Notes under the pieces: model-generated
What the model was told of the DNA's origin: nothing
What the model saw: only the letters and a program-made list of their open reading frames with translations
Database searches by the model: none
From: an uncultured Clostridia bacterium
GTDB taxonomy: Bacteria; Bacillota; Clostridia; TANB77; CAG-508
DNA: 61,597 nt
Direction of reading: 5' to 3'
Assembly: GCA_944391015.1 (NCBI GenBank)
Contig: CALXRZ010000002.1
Coordinates: forward strand, 1-61,597
Made by a program: the position numbers and the translations under genes
Part shown: positions 1-9,118 of the stretch, piece by piece
Position numbering within the stretch: the first letter of the stretch is position 1
Layout of the letters: each line of letters begins with the position of its first letter

Positions 1-124
1 AAGAAAAAATTGACAAAAAAATTAAGCATTTTAAATGCTTACATCAATTTTATATTTTCAAAAGTGTCAAACTCCCGGGACTAGTAAGGTCGTTCTCTAC
101 ATCTTATAAGTAACTCTATTTAAT

Positions 125-149
125 CCCCACCTTCTGATAGAAGGTGGGG
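125..149 (+). terminator. GC-rich stem-loop, probable end of a transcript entering from the left edge
   Basis: Perfect 11-bp inverted repeat CCCCACCTTCT/AGAAGGTGGGG with a 3-nt loop, followed by a weak T tract. Confidence 0.45.
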
Positions 150-232
150 AAATCTTTTGTGTATACTTTAAGAAGTATATTCTTTTAAAAAAGTAAAATA
201 TTTCCTAAACTATAGCATTATGTAAAATAATA

Positions 233-241
233 TGATATAAT
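233..241 (+). promoter_or_regulatory. Extended -10 element TGATATAAT upstream of ORF 285..620
   Basis: TGnTATAAT match 44 nt before the ATG; no clear -35. Confidence 0.35.
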
Positions 242-284
242 ATAGTTACGCTTAAACACATATAGTAGAAAGGGGTTCTAAAAA

Positions 285-620
285 ATGCGAACCAGAGACT
301 ACAGAGTATCAAAAACAATGAAGGATCTCAAGGAGATGAAGCATAACGGAAAGAAATTCGTTATTTGGTCTTTGCCAAATAAGGAAGTAAAGGCACAAGT
401 GGAAAAACGGTATAATACTATACCGTGGATATTCGAGCTAAAAACAAGAACATTTAGCAGAGTTGCGACAAAGCCTACTCTGATTAAGGATGTTCATTAC
501 GCCAAAAAGAGAGGCAAAGACAGAATGTCTCTTCACTTAGAGAATAGCGAGATTTCTATATTACAAGAATATGGTGTACAATATCGTGAGGCAAAATATA
601 TGATTGTCCTAAATGAATAA
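285..620 (+). CDS. Hypothetical small basic protein (111 aa) in a GC-richer islet
   Basis: ORF track; AAAGGGG RBS before the ATG; a sampled line is about 37% GC versus about 22-28% for the backbone; no family recognised. Confidence 0.55.
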   Translation: MRTRDYRVSKTMKDLKEMKHNGKKFVIWSLPNKEVKAQVEKRYNTIPWIFELKTRTFSRVATKPTLIKDVHYAKKRGKDRMSLHLENSEISILQEYGVQYREAKYMIVLNE

Positions 621-654
621 TTTTTGGCAACGAGTATGCAAAACTAACCCCTTT

Positions 655-687
655 AACGCCCTGCTGGAAAATTTCTGGCAGGGCGTT
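655..687. terminator. Stem-loop downstream of ORF 285..620, no T tract
   Basis: AACGCCCTGC ... GCAGGGCGTT inverted repeat read directly. Confidence 0.35.
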
Positions 688-734
688 CGCTACGTCATAA
701 ATTTTGTAAATAAGGTACGATACATTTGATAAAA

Positions 735-799
735 CTATTATTACAGGATAACTTGGTAATAGTGCCTAGATTTTATTAAACACCATTATCCAGTAACAG
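735..799. repeat. Imperfect palindromic element upstream of fba, related to 1920..1986
   Basis: Shares CTATTATT, GTGCCTAGA and the 13-mer ATTATCCAGTAAC (reverse complement of GTTACTGGATAAT) with the element downstream of fba. Confidence 0.6.
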
Positions 800-826
800 T
801 ATATTAGCAAAAGACCACAAAACCTC

Positions 827-855
827 TTGCTAAAAATTTGAAAGTAATATATAAT
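827..855 (+). promoter_or_regulatory. Sigma-A-like promoter of fba
   Basis: TTGCTA, 17-nt spacer, TATAAT, about 42 nt upstream of the ATG. Confidence 0.5.
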
Positions 856-896
856 AACATTGAAATTTTAAGGTATATATAAAGGAGGAATTTTTT

Positions 897-1826
897 ATGC
901 CATTAGTAACAACTAAGGATATGTTTGAAAAATCTATGAAGGAGAAATTTGCAATAGGTGCATTCAATGTAAATAATATGGAAATTATACAAGGAATAGT
1001 AGATGCAGCAGCTGCACAAAACTCACCAGTTATTCTACAAGCCTCTTCTAGTGCAATAAAATATGCAAGAATAGGATACTTAAGAAAAATGGTGGAAGCA
1101 GCATTAGATGAATACGATATTCCAGTAGCACTACATTTAGATCACGGACCAGATTTTGAAACTTGTAAAATGTGTATAGATAACGGTTTCTCATCTGTAA
1201 TGATAGACGGTTCTAAATATGATTTTGAAGAAAATGTTGCATTGACTAAAAAAGTAGTTGATTATGCTCATTCTAAAGGAGTAGTAGTTGAGGCAGAGCT
1301 TGGAAAATTAGCTGGAGTAGAGGATGAGGTTAATGTAGAAGCAAAGGATGCAATGTATACAGACCCAGACCAAGCAAAAGAATTTGTTGAGAGAACAGGT
1401 TGTGACTCTTTAGCCATAGCTATAGGTACAAGCCACGGAGCGTATAAATTCAAAGGAGAAGCAAAACTAAGATTTGATATATTAGCTAAAGTTAAAGAGA
1501 GAATACCAAATACTCCAATAGTATTACACGGAGCATCAACAGTTATACCAGAACTTGTAGAAATGTGTAACAAATATGGAGGAGACATACCAGGTGCAAA
1601 AGGTGTACCAGATGAAATGCTACACGAAGCAAGCTTATCTGGAGTGTCAAAAATAAATGTAGATACTGATTTAAGATTAGCTATGACAGCAGCCATAAGA
1701 AAAGTATTTGCAGAAGAACCATCAAAATTTGACCCAAGAGCATATTTAACTCCTGCAAGAGACTTAATTAAACAAACAGTAGAGCATAAAATAAGAGATG
1801 TATTCGGTTCAAGCAACAAAGCATAA
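897..1826 (+). CDS. fba: Fructose-1,6-bisphosphate aldolase, class II
   Basis: 309 aa; AFNVNNME, LHLDHG and GTSHGAYKF blocks typical of class II FBA; AGGAGG RBS. Confidence 0.95.
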   Translation: MPLVTTKDMFEKSMKEKFAIGAFNVNNMEIIQGIVDAAAAQNSPVILQASSSAIKYARIGYLRKMVEAALDEYDIPVALHLDHGPDFETCKMCIDNGFSSVMIDGSKYDFEENVALTKKVVDYAHSKGVVVEAELGKLAGVEDEVNVEAKDAMYTDPDQAKEFVERTGCDSLAIAIGTSHGAYKFKGEAKLRFDILAKVKERIPNTPIVLHGASTVIPELVEMCNKYGGDIPGAKGVPDEMLHEASLSGVSKINVDTDLRLAMTAAIRKVFAEEPSKFDPRAYLTPARDLIKQTVEHKIRDVFGSSNKA

Positions 1827-1830
1827 TAAA

Positions 1831-1862
1831 TTTGCAAAAGGGGGACGGACCTAACTTGTAAA
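1831..1862 (+). repeat. ACGG-loop hairpin motif, copy a
   Basis: TTTGCAAAAGGGGGACGGACCTAACTTGTAAA, 4 nt after the fba stop. Confidence 0.75.
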
Positions 1863-1919
1863 TATTATCTAAAATAAATAATTCTAAGTAAAATCTAATC
1901 TTTATCACCGAAAATAGGC

Positions 1920-1986
1920 CTATTATTGTTACTGGATAATGGTGCCTAGATAAAGAAAAATACTATTACCCGGTAACCAATTATTG
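1920..1986. repeat. Imperfect palindromic element downstream of fba, related to 735..799
   Basis: CTATTATTGTTACTGGATAATGGTGCCTAGA ... CTATTACCCGGTAACCAATTATTG. Confidence 0.6.
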
Positions 1987-2080
1987 CTGTAGATAGGCAA
2001 TTTTAGTTGACATATACAATAAAAAACTATATAATATAAAAATCACGATATACATTTTTATGACTTTAGGAGGAAAAATT

Positions 2081-2518
2081 ATGCTTAAAAAGATTGCAAC
2101 TTTCTTCGTGGTATGGGCTATTGTTATTTTTGCTTATTTGCTGGTGTTTTCAATTATTGAACGGTTAAAGTGGAAAACAACTAGAAAAGTAGTAATCACA
2201 GTTGACGACAACGAACTTTTGAACTTGAAAGAGTTGATCAAGCTTTATCCAAGCAATGTAAGAATCTTTTATGGCGTTTTAGAATATGAAGATTTCATTT
2301 TTTACGCAAATCAAACTTTTGGTGCCAATATTTCAAAAATATATATGACACCTGCAAACTATCGTAGAGTAGTATATTCTTTAATTGATGATGGAACCGG
2401 TGCTTGGATTGATTGGTTAAAAAGTAAAATTAAGCAAAAAAAAATTAACTTAGAAACCGAAAAAGTTTTATTTAGAATCAATGAGCAAGACAGAGGAGAA
2501 ATTGTAGAATTTAAGTAA
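2081..2518 (+). CDS. Hypothetical membrane-anchored protein
   Basis: ORF track; start moved to the ATG at 2081, 7 nt after AGGAGG; N-terminal hydrophobic helix. Confidence 0.6.
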   Translation: MLKKIATFFVVWAIVIFAYLLVFSIIERLKWKTTRKVVITVDDNELLNLKELIKLYPSNVRIFYGVLEYEDFIFYANQTFGANISKIYMTPANYRRVVYSLIDDGTGAWIDWLKSKIKQKKINLETEKVLFRINEQDRGEIVEFK

Positions 2519-2544
2519 AGCATAAGAAAATTTTATATTCCTGA

Positions 2545-2578
2545 AAGGGCCTTTTACTATAATTAGTAAAGGGCCCTT
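2545..2578. terminator. Bidirectional terminator hairpin between convergent genes
   Basis: AAGGGCCTTTTACT ... AGTAAAGGGCCCTT. Confidence 0.65.
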
Positions 2579-2594
2579 GGCATAGCTGGGAAAT

Positions 2595-3044
2595 TTAGTT
2601 TTTTAAACTCATCTGTTTTCGCATTCGAATTTCAGCGTCCCTTTTAGCAATATCTTGCCTTTTATCATATAGCTTTTTACCTTTGCCGACACCAAGTTCT
2701 ATTTTTAAAAAATTTCCATTAAAATACAAACAAATAGGAACTAAGGTCAATCCTTTTTGCTTTATTAAACCTGTTAATTTATTGATTTCTCTTCTATTCA
2801 AAAGAAGTTTTCTAGTTCGTAAAGGGTCTTTATTATATATATTACCGTGCTCATATGGACTTATATGCATACCATAAATAAACACTTCACCATTTTTTAT
2901 ATTGGCATAACTATCTTTTAAGTTTACTTTGCCATTGCGAATTGATTTTATTTCTGTACCTGTTAAAACAATACCTGCTTCATAAGTATCTTCTATTGTA
3001 TAATTATGTTTCGCAGTCGGATTATTTGCAACTATCTTTTTCAT
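2595..3044 (-). CDS. smpB: SsrA-binding protein SmpB
   Basis: [13 protein letters not shown] and [10 protein letters not shown] blocks; start set at the ATG after GAGGT (residue 7 of the track ORF). Confidence 0.93.
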   Translation of the reverse strand: MKKIVANNPTAKHNYTIEDTYEAGIVLTGTEIKSIRNGKVNLKDSYANIKNGEVFIYGMHISPYEHGNIYNKDPLRTRKLLLNRREINKLTGLIKQKGLTLVPICLYFNGNFLKIELGVGKGKKLYDKRQDIAKRDAEIRMRKQMSLKN

Positions 3045-3282
3045 AATAACCTCACATTTCAATTCTCACAAAATTGCACAAAACAATGCTTTGGTACAAT
3101 CTATGAGGACAAATTTATTTATGTTTTTAATTATATCACTTATATGCCTAATTGTGAAGATTATTAAGAATAATTATGACAATAAACAAATAGCTAGCAA
3201 ACTAAATTACTAGCTATACATTTGATATTGTTTTAGACAACAAAATTCTGAGGTACCTACTGCAATTTTTTATAGATGCCCC

Positions 3283-3744
3283 TTATTCATCATCTGAATC
3301 TATATATAAGTCATTAGTGTTTCTTTGTTTTATATATGCCCAAATTAAAATTCCTATAGCAAGGGCAGTAATACCTATAATAATCCAAGTCCAAGTATTT
3401 GTACTCATACCAGCAACAGTTACATCATCAGTAGCAGTTCTAGTGGCAGTGTAACCTCCACCATTATTATTATCTGTAGCTATTCCACCAGCCATAGAAT
3501 TTTCGGTATTGTTCATACCATTTTTTACATCAGATACAACATTCTGAGTACCTTGACCTACAGTGTTTATACCGTTTTTTATGCCTCCAGAAATTGTATT
3601 TCCTGCATCTTCAAGCATATTTTCGGCGCCACCAACCATATTTCTTACACCATTTGCAACATTATCCATCGCAAATACTGGTATAGAAATTGATATAAGT
3701 AATATAGCTATAATAGAAACTATTAAAAATCTTTTTTTCATCAT
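3283..3744 (-). CDS. Hypothetical secreted/anchored Asn-Gly-rich protein
   Basis: N-terminal signal-like helix, low-complexity N/G-rich middle, C-terminal TM helix; GGAGG RBS. Confidence 0.6.
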   Translation of the reverse strand: MMKKRFLIVSIIAILLISISIPVFAMDNVANGVRNMVGGAENMLEDAGNTISGGIKNGINTVGQGTQNVVSDVKNGMNNTENSMAGGIATDNNNGGGYTATRTATDDVTVAGMSTNTWTWIIIGITALAIGILIWAYIKQRNTNDLYIDSDDE

Positions 3745-3903
3745 AAACCTCCTTCAACTGAATATAAATTTTTATTCTAAATTTGCATTTAAAATAAAAG
3801 CTCTATTTATATTATTTCTTTTTTAAAATAAAATATACAAAAAAAGTCCAACTTTTAATATTAGTTGAACTTTTAAAATAAATTTTGAAATTATAAAAAA
3901 ATT

Positions 3904-4293
3904 TTAATTTTTTAATCTAATAAGTATTGCTATTGCAAGTAATATAAGAATAACTCCTACAGTAATTACTAAAATATTTAATACATTAGAAAAGCTCATA
4001 TTTTCCTGTGCTATACTACTTACTCCAGATGGTGCAACAGAACCACCAATATTATCTTGCTCAAAATTATCATCTGCTAAGGTGTCATTTGTATCTACAG
4101 TATTGGAATCTGTGATAGTATTTGAATCAACTGCATTTCCATTATCAGTAACACTGTTTGAGTCAGTTGCAGAATTTGTATCTGTTTGATTTTGGTTTTC
4201 TAAATTCATATTTATATCTGTAGCATAAACTAAAGTTGTAACAGAAAATAATATTATAACTAAAATAACTAAAGTTTTAAAAATTCTTGACAT
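3904..4293 (-). CDS. Hypothetical secreted/anchored Asp-Asn-Thr-rich protein
   Basis: Same architecture as 3283..3744: signal-like N-terminus, reiterated TDSN-type low complexity, C-terminal TM. Confidence 0.55.
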   Translation of the reverse strand: MSRIFKTLVILVIILFSVTTLVYATDINMNLENQNQTDTNSATDSNSVTDNGNAVDSNTITDSNTVDTNDTLADDNFEQDNIGGSVAPSGVSSIAQENMSFSNVLNILVITVGVILILLAIAILIRLKN

Positions 4294-4492
4294 TTATATC
4301 CCTCCATAAATTTAATCCTATGTTACATACATAATCATACACAAAAATGGAAAAAAAGTCTAGTATATTTATAAATTTTTTAAAACTTTATCCATTTATG
4401 AAGCAAAAAATAAAAGCATTTTTAACTTCATAAATAGAAATTGCTTTTACACGTGATAAGTTACTGGATAATAAAATTTTATTCAAAAAGGC

Positions 4493-4521
4493 TTGTCAAA
4501 AACAAACCTAAATTATATAAT
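4493..4521 (+). promoter_or_regulatory. Sigma-A-like promoter of the P-type ATPase gene
   Basis: TTGTCA, 17-nt spacer, TATAAT. Confidence 0.5.
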
Positions 4522-4595
4522 ATATTCTGTTTAAAGACCTCTTCGTTTTATTTTAGAGGTTGACAAAAGCTAAACTAGTACTATTGGAGGCTAAA

Positions 4596-6908
4596 ATGGA
4601 AAATTTAAAAGGTTTAACAAATGAAGAAGTAAAAGAAAGAATAGAAAAGGGGCAAGTAAACAGCTCAAATACAAATAATTTGAAATCAAACTGGCAAATT
4701 GTAAGAGACAATGTTTGTACATTGTTTAACTTATTCAATTTAATAATTGCAATTGCGCTAGCGTGTGTTCATGCATATACCAATATGGTATTTATTCTAA
4801 TTATTATTGTAAATGTGTTAATTGGAATAATTCAAGAAATTCACGGAAAAAATTTAGTAAAACAATTATCAATTTTAACAACAGCAAAAACAAAAGTTAT
4901 AAGAGATGGGGAAGAGAAGGAGATAAATATAAATGAAATAGTATTAGATGATGTGGTACTTTTATCACAAGGTGACCAAATTCCATCTGATTCAGTTGTA
5001 TTAGATGGAGAAGTAGAGGTTAATGAAGCACTTCTTACCGGTGAATCTGATACAATTTTAAAGAAAAAAGAGGACAAGCTTTTGTCTGGCAGTTATATAG
5101 TTAGTGGAAAATGTTATGCAAAAATAGAAAAAGTAGGAGACGACAACTTTGCAAACCAAATAATAAATGCTACTAAAAAGCATAAAAAAGTAAACTCAGA
5201 GCTTTTAAATTCAATGAAAAAAGTTACAAATTTTACAAGCTTTGTAATAATACCAGCTGGAGTAATCTTGTTTGTCCAAGCGTATATATTTAGAGAGGTA
5301 GATTTACAACAATCTGTAATAGCTACTGCAGCAGCACTTTTAGGTATGCTTCCAAAAGGCTTTGTATTACTTACAAGTATATCGCTTGAGACAGGTGTAA
5401 TAAAACTAGCCAAGAAACAAGTTTTGGTGCAAGATTTATATAGTGTAGAAACCTTAGCACACATAGATACTTTATGCTTAGACAAAACAGGAACTATAAC
5501 AGAAGGAAAAATGAAAGTTATAGATGTAGAAAAATACAACGAAGCTGTACTTCCAGATACATTAGAAAATATAATGAATTCATATGTAAATCTAACAGAT
5601 GATAGCAACAGTACATTTAATGCATTAAAAAATTATTTTAATGGTGAGTCAAAATACGAAAAACAAAGCGATATTTCTTTTTCATCTGAAAGAAAATGGA
5701 GCAGTGTTACTTTTAAAAACTTAGGAACAATTATAGTAGGTGCGCCAGAAAGATTATCTGCAATGGCAAATGTGGAGTTACCAAAAAGCATTGTAGAAGC
5801 TCAAGAAGATGGAAAAAGAGCTCTATGCATTGGATATACTAAAGAAGAAATTAGTGTTGAACAATTACCACATATAAGCTTAGTAGCAGGAATAATATTA
5901 GCAGACCCTCTAAGAAAAAATGCAAAAGAAATGCTTGGATATTTTAAAACACAATCAGTGGACATAAAAATTATATCTGGTGACAATCCAATAACTGTTT
6001 CAACAATTGCAAAAAGAGCAGGCTTAGAAGATTATGAATCATATATAGATTTATCAACACTTAAATCTGATGCAGAAATAGTAGATATAGTTGATAAATA
6101 TAGTATATTTGCAAGAGTATTGCCACAGCAAAAAAGTATAATAGTAAAAGCACTTCAAGCTAAAGGACATAGTGTAGCAATGACAGGAGATGGGGTAAAT
6201 GATGTAATTGCATTAAGAGAATCAGACCTAAGCATTACATTGCCAGAGGCAAATGACGCGGCAAAACAAGTATCACAAATAGTACTTCTAAACCAAGACT
6301 TTAGTGTATTAAAAGATGTACTAATGGAGGGAAGAAGAGTAGTAAACAACCTTACAAGTGTTGCAAGAATCTTCTTTATAAAAACAATATATTCAGTACT
6401 TCTATCGCTATTCTGTATAATAACAAATACTGCATTCCCATTTATACCAATACAAATAACACTAATAGACTTAGTAATAGAAGCATACACATCATTCTTC
6501 ATATCATTTGAACCAAATAATAAACCTGTAAAAGGAGTATTTTTGCACACCGTTCTGCGAAATGCAGCACCATTTGCAATAGTAATATTGCTTAACATCA
6601 TATTCTTAACATATATGGGACCAGTACTTGGAATAGCAGAAGGACCACTTGTAACAATAATGTACTTACTAATAGGCTTTGTAAGCATCTTAGCTGTTTT
6701 AGAAGTATGTATACCATTTAACAAATTACACGCATTCTTATTCAGCACAACATTTATAGGCTTCTTTGTAGCAGTATACTTGTTTAGAAGCATATTACAT
6801 ATATCAGATATAACAATGAATGAGTTAGGCATATTTGTTGTATTTGCAGTAATTAGTGCGATAGTGCTAACAATAAAGCAAAAGATATATAAGAAATTGG
6901 GATATTAG
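4596..6908 (+). CDS. Cation-transporting P-type (HAD) ATPase
   Basis: DKTGTITEG phosphorylation motif, TGES, MTGDGVNDVIAL hinge, multiple TM helices; start set at the ATG after GGAGG (residue 13 of the track ORF). Confidence 0.9.
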   Translation: MENLKGLTNEEVKERIEKGQVNSSNTNNLKSNWQIVRDNVCTLFNLFNLIIAIALACVHAYTNMVFILIIIVNVLIGIIQEIHGKNLVKQLSILTTAKTKVIRDGEEKEININEIVLDDVVLLSQGDQIPSDSVVLDGEVEVNEALLTGESDTILKKKEDKLLSGSYIVSGKCYAKIEKVGDDNFANQIINATKKHKKVNSELLNSMKKVTNFTSFVIIPAGVILFVQAYIFREVDLQQSVIATAAALLGMLPKGFVLLTSISLETGVIKLAKKQVLVQDLYSVETLAHIDTLCLDKTGTITEGKMKVIDVEKYNEAVLPDTLENIMNSYVNLTDDSNSTFNALKNYFNGESKYEKQSDISFSSERKWSSVTFKNLGTIIVGAPERLSAMANVELPKSIVEAQEDGKRALCIGYTKEEISVEQLPHISLVAGIILADPLRKNAKEMLGYFKTQSVDIKIISGDNPITVSTIAKRAGLEDYESYIDLSTLKSDAEIVDIVDKYSIFARVLPQQKSIIVKALQAKGHSVAMTGDGVNDVIALRESDLSITLPEANDAAKQVSQIVLLNQDFSVLKDVLMEGRRVVNNLTSVARIFFIKTIYSVLLSLFCIITNTAFPFIPIQITLIDLVIEAYTSFFISFEPNNKPVKGVFLHTVLRNAAPFAIVILLNIIFLTYMGPVLGIAEGPLVTIMYLLIGFVSILAVLEVCIPFNKLHAFLFSTTFIGFFVAVYLFRSILHISDITMNELGIFVVFAVISAIVLTIKQKIYKKLGY

Positions 6909-6921
6909 AAAATTATGTCAA

Positions 6922-6962
6922 CAAAATTAGAAAAAGGGGACAGTCCCCTTTTTCTAATTTTG
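6922..6962. terminator. Bidirectional terminator
   Basis: Near-perfect palindrome CAAAATTAGAAAAAGGGGAC / GTCCCCTTTTTCTAATTTTG. Confidence 0.8.
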
Positions 6963-6972
6963 TTTATTTGGC

Positions 6973-7866
6973 TTATTTTGCAACTTTAGCTAAAAATTGC
7001 ATATCGGATGGTAGTTCTGCAATAAAAGTAACCTCTTCTCTAGAAATAGGATGAATAAATTTTACTCTGTATGAATGTAAAGCTTGCCTGTGTATTAAAT
7101 TTGATGGATTACCATATAGGGTATCGCCTAAGATAGGATGTCTTATATAACTAAGATGTACTCGTATTTGATGTGTACGACCTGTTTTTAAATTGCATTT
7201 AACGATTGAATAATTATTAGTTTCGTCATACTTTAAAACCTTATATTCTGTAATTGCTGTATCTCCATTTTCATTTACGCATCTTTCTATGATGCTATTT
7301 TCTTTTCTACCAATAGGAGCATTTATAACACCATCTTCGCGTTCAAACTTACCTTCACAAATGGCTATATATTTTTTCTTAAACATACCAGCTTTCATTT
7401 GCCTTACTAAACATTCTTGAATATATTCATTCTTTGCAAATATTACAATGCCAGAAGTATTTTTATCCAATCTATTTACAGGTCTAATTTTCTTTTTTAA
7501 ATTTATAGAATCGAAATAATAGCGTATACCATTAGACAAACTATCTGTGAAATGATCCATAGAAGGATGAACTGGTATACCAGCAGGCTTATTTACTATT
7601 AACAAAGCATCATCTTCATATAATATGTTTAAATCCATTTTAACAGGAATAATATTAGAATTATCCTCTTCGAAATCAAGCAAAACTTCTACCAAATCAT
7701 TAAATGACAATGCACTGTTTATGTTTGCTACATTACCATTTACTAGTATTTTATTATTTTTCTTTAGTCTCAATAGCAATCTATCCGAAATGTAAAAATA
7801 TACTTTAAGCAATTCTTTTAGATTAGAAAAATTATCATCATTATTTATCCTCTTCGTCAAAATCAT
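6973..7866 (-). CDS. RluA-family 23S rRNA pseudouridine synthase
   Basis: NKPAGIPVHP, RLDKNTSG and GRTHQIRVHL motifs. Confidence 0.88.
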   Translation of the reverse strand: MILTKRINNDDNFSNLKELLKVYFYISDRLLLRLKKNNKILVNGNVANINSALSFNDLVEVLLDFEEDNSNIIPVKMDLNILYEDDALLIVNKPAGIPVHPSMDHFTDSLSNGIRYYFDSINLKKKIRPVNRLDKNTSGIVIFAKNEYIQECLVRQMKAGMFKKKYIAICEGKFEREDGVINAPIGRKENSIIERCVNENGDTAITEYKVLKYDETNNYSIVKCNLKTGRTHQIRVHLSYIRHPILGDTLYGNPSNLIHRQALHSYRVKFIHPISREEVTFIAELPSDMQFLAKVAK

Positions 7867-8011
7867 AAAACTACTCCTAAAAACTTTTTCTTAATATTCT
7901 CTTAAATTATACCATACTAATTGTAATTTAAGTATGGGTATGATAGAATTTATTTATATGAAATGATAGATTTACCATTCATATTTAAAATTTTATACAG
8001 GAGATGGCAAA

Positions 8012-8596
8012 ATGAAGAGAATATATATAGTATTAACTTATTCGGGTACTAATCTATCTAAAATAATAAAGCATTGGACAAAAGACGAGTTCTCTCACGT
8101 ATCTATTGCACTAGATGAAGATTTAAAGGAAATGTATAGCTTTGGAAGATTACACCCATACAATCCATTTTGGGCAGGATTGGTGCACGAAGTGCCAAAT
8201 GAAGGAACATATAAAAGATTTTTTAGAACTAAGGCTAATGTATATTCAATAGAAGTAGAAGACCATCAATTTGTGGATATTAGAAATACAATATATAAAA
8301 TGTGGGAAAATAGAAAGAAATATAAATTTAATATAATTGGTCTATTAGCAATTGGCTTTAAAAAAGAGGTTAAAATGCATAATTACTTCTATTGTGCAGA
8401 GTTTGTAAAATATGTACTTGAAAAAGCACATATTGACTTGAATTTGCCAGATAAAATGATAAGACCAGAAGATTTTAAAAGTATTGAAAACAAAACACTG
8501 GAATATAGTGGACTGCTAAATAAATATAAGAAAAAATCATTGTTAAAAGATTATATAGAAATATTAAAATATAAGCCAGCAAATCAGAATAAGTAG
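8012..8596 (+). CDS. Hypothetical protein, possibly a permuted papain-like (YiiX/COG3863-type) hydrolase
   Basis: FSHVSIA (His) followed much later by YFYCAEFV (Cys), the pattern I associate with permuted NlpC/P60-like enzymes. Confidence 0.45.
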   Translation: MKRIYIVLTYSGTNLSKIIKHWTKDEFSHVSIALDEDLKEMYSFGRLHPYNPFWAGLVHEVPNEGTYKRFFRTKANVYSIEVEDHQFVDIRNTIYKMWENRKKYKFNIIGLLAIGFKKEVKMHNYFYCAEFVKYVLEKAHIDLNLPDKMIRPEDFKSIENKTLEYSGLLNKYKKKSLLKDYIEILKYKPANQNK

Positions 8597-8637
8597 TATA
8601 AAAACTTGTAGCTATTATGAAGTAGTTACAAGTTTTT

Positions 8638-8722
8638 TGGTGCGAGTAATGGGACTTGAACCCATACGCTATAAAGCACACGCCCCTCAAACGTGCCTGT
8701 CTGCCAGTTCCAGCATACTCGC
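8638..8722 (-). tRNA. tRNA-Leu (anticodon GAG), class II with long variable arm, CCA encoded
   Basis: Acceptor GCGAGTA/TACTCGC; anticodon stem CACGT/GCGTG with loop TTGAGGG; T arm GGGTTCAAGTCCC; 85 nt. Confidence 0.9.
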
Positions 8723-8772
8723 ATTTGATGAACTATATTATATTATAAATGCAATTAAAAATCTAGTATTTG

Positions 8773-9052
8773 AAAAAAGTTTGTGGCTTTGAAATTACAT
8801 AAAAGCTATATTTATTATACGGTTAGAGTGGGCTTCTAAAAAAAGTATGAAAATATGGAATGGAGAGTACTTTGAATTAGAAATTCTTAAATAATTTTAT
8901 GGAAAGAGTTCATCTTTGATGGAAAGGTGCCATAAAATTATTTTAGAATTTCTATGAAAAAGTAGCTGGACCGACATATTTGAAATACTTTTTTTAGAAG
9001 TTTACTCTAACTGATTAAATAATTTATGTAGTTTTATATCCACAAACTTTTT
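8773..9052. repeat. Long nested palindromic element, copy A (conserved 191-bp core 8821..9011)
   Basis: Core about 95% identical by eye to 60976..61166; terminal inverted repeats GGTTAGAGTGGGCTTCTAAAAAAAGTAT / ATACTTTTTTTAGAAGTTTACTCTAAC; outer locus-specific arms AAAAAAGTTTGTGG / CCACAAACTTTTT. Confidence 0.85.
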
Positions 9053-9118
9053 AAGCTTAATTTAAGCATACTTTTTTATAATTCCATTTGTAAGCTATTA
9101 TGAAAGGAATTATAATTT

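Noticed and set aside
74-85. Adjacent SmaI and SpeI sites as proof of an engineered or vector sequence
   Set aside because: Twelve nucleotides are too little evidence, and no other vector-like features were seen. It is kept only as a note within the left-edge islet finding.
1863-2594. tmRNA (ssrA) expected near smpB
   Set aside because: Downstream of smpB I saw only a terminator and a protein-coding ORF. I did not notice a tRNA-Ala-like acceptor/T-arm end anywhere in the window.
6155-6832. Long ORFs antisense to or overlapping confident genes (for example 1268..1837, 5114..5608, 6155..6832, 24909..25514, 27437..28066, 34267..34809, 41132..41569, 41577..41996, 47523..47966, 51841..52197, 58228..58560)
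   Set aside because: Each lies entirely within a gene with strong family motifs on the other strand or in another frame. Their translations are low-complexity Ser/Phe/Ile/Leu-rich shadows with no RBS and no recognisable domains.
8475-8690. 71-aa track ORF overlapping the tRNA-Leu gene
   Set aside because: It reads through the tRNA on the same strand, and the tRNA cloverleaf is far better supported.
8846-8893. Short ATG ORF inside the 191-bp palindromic core (MKIWNGEYFELEILK)
   Set aside because: The frame and length are not conserved between copies (15 aa versus 32 aa; 5 aa in the related 53.1-kb element), and there is no RBS.
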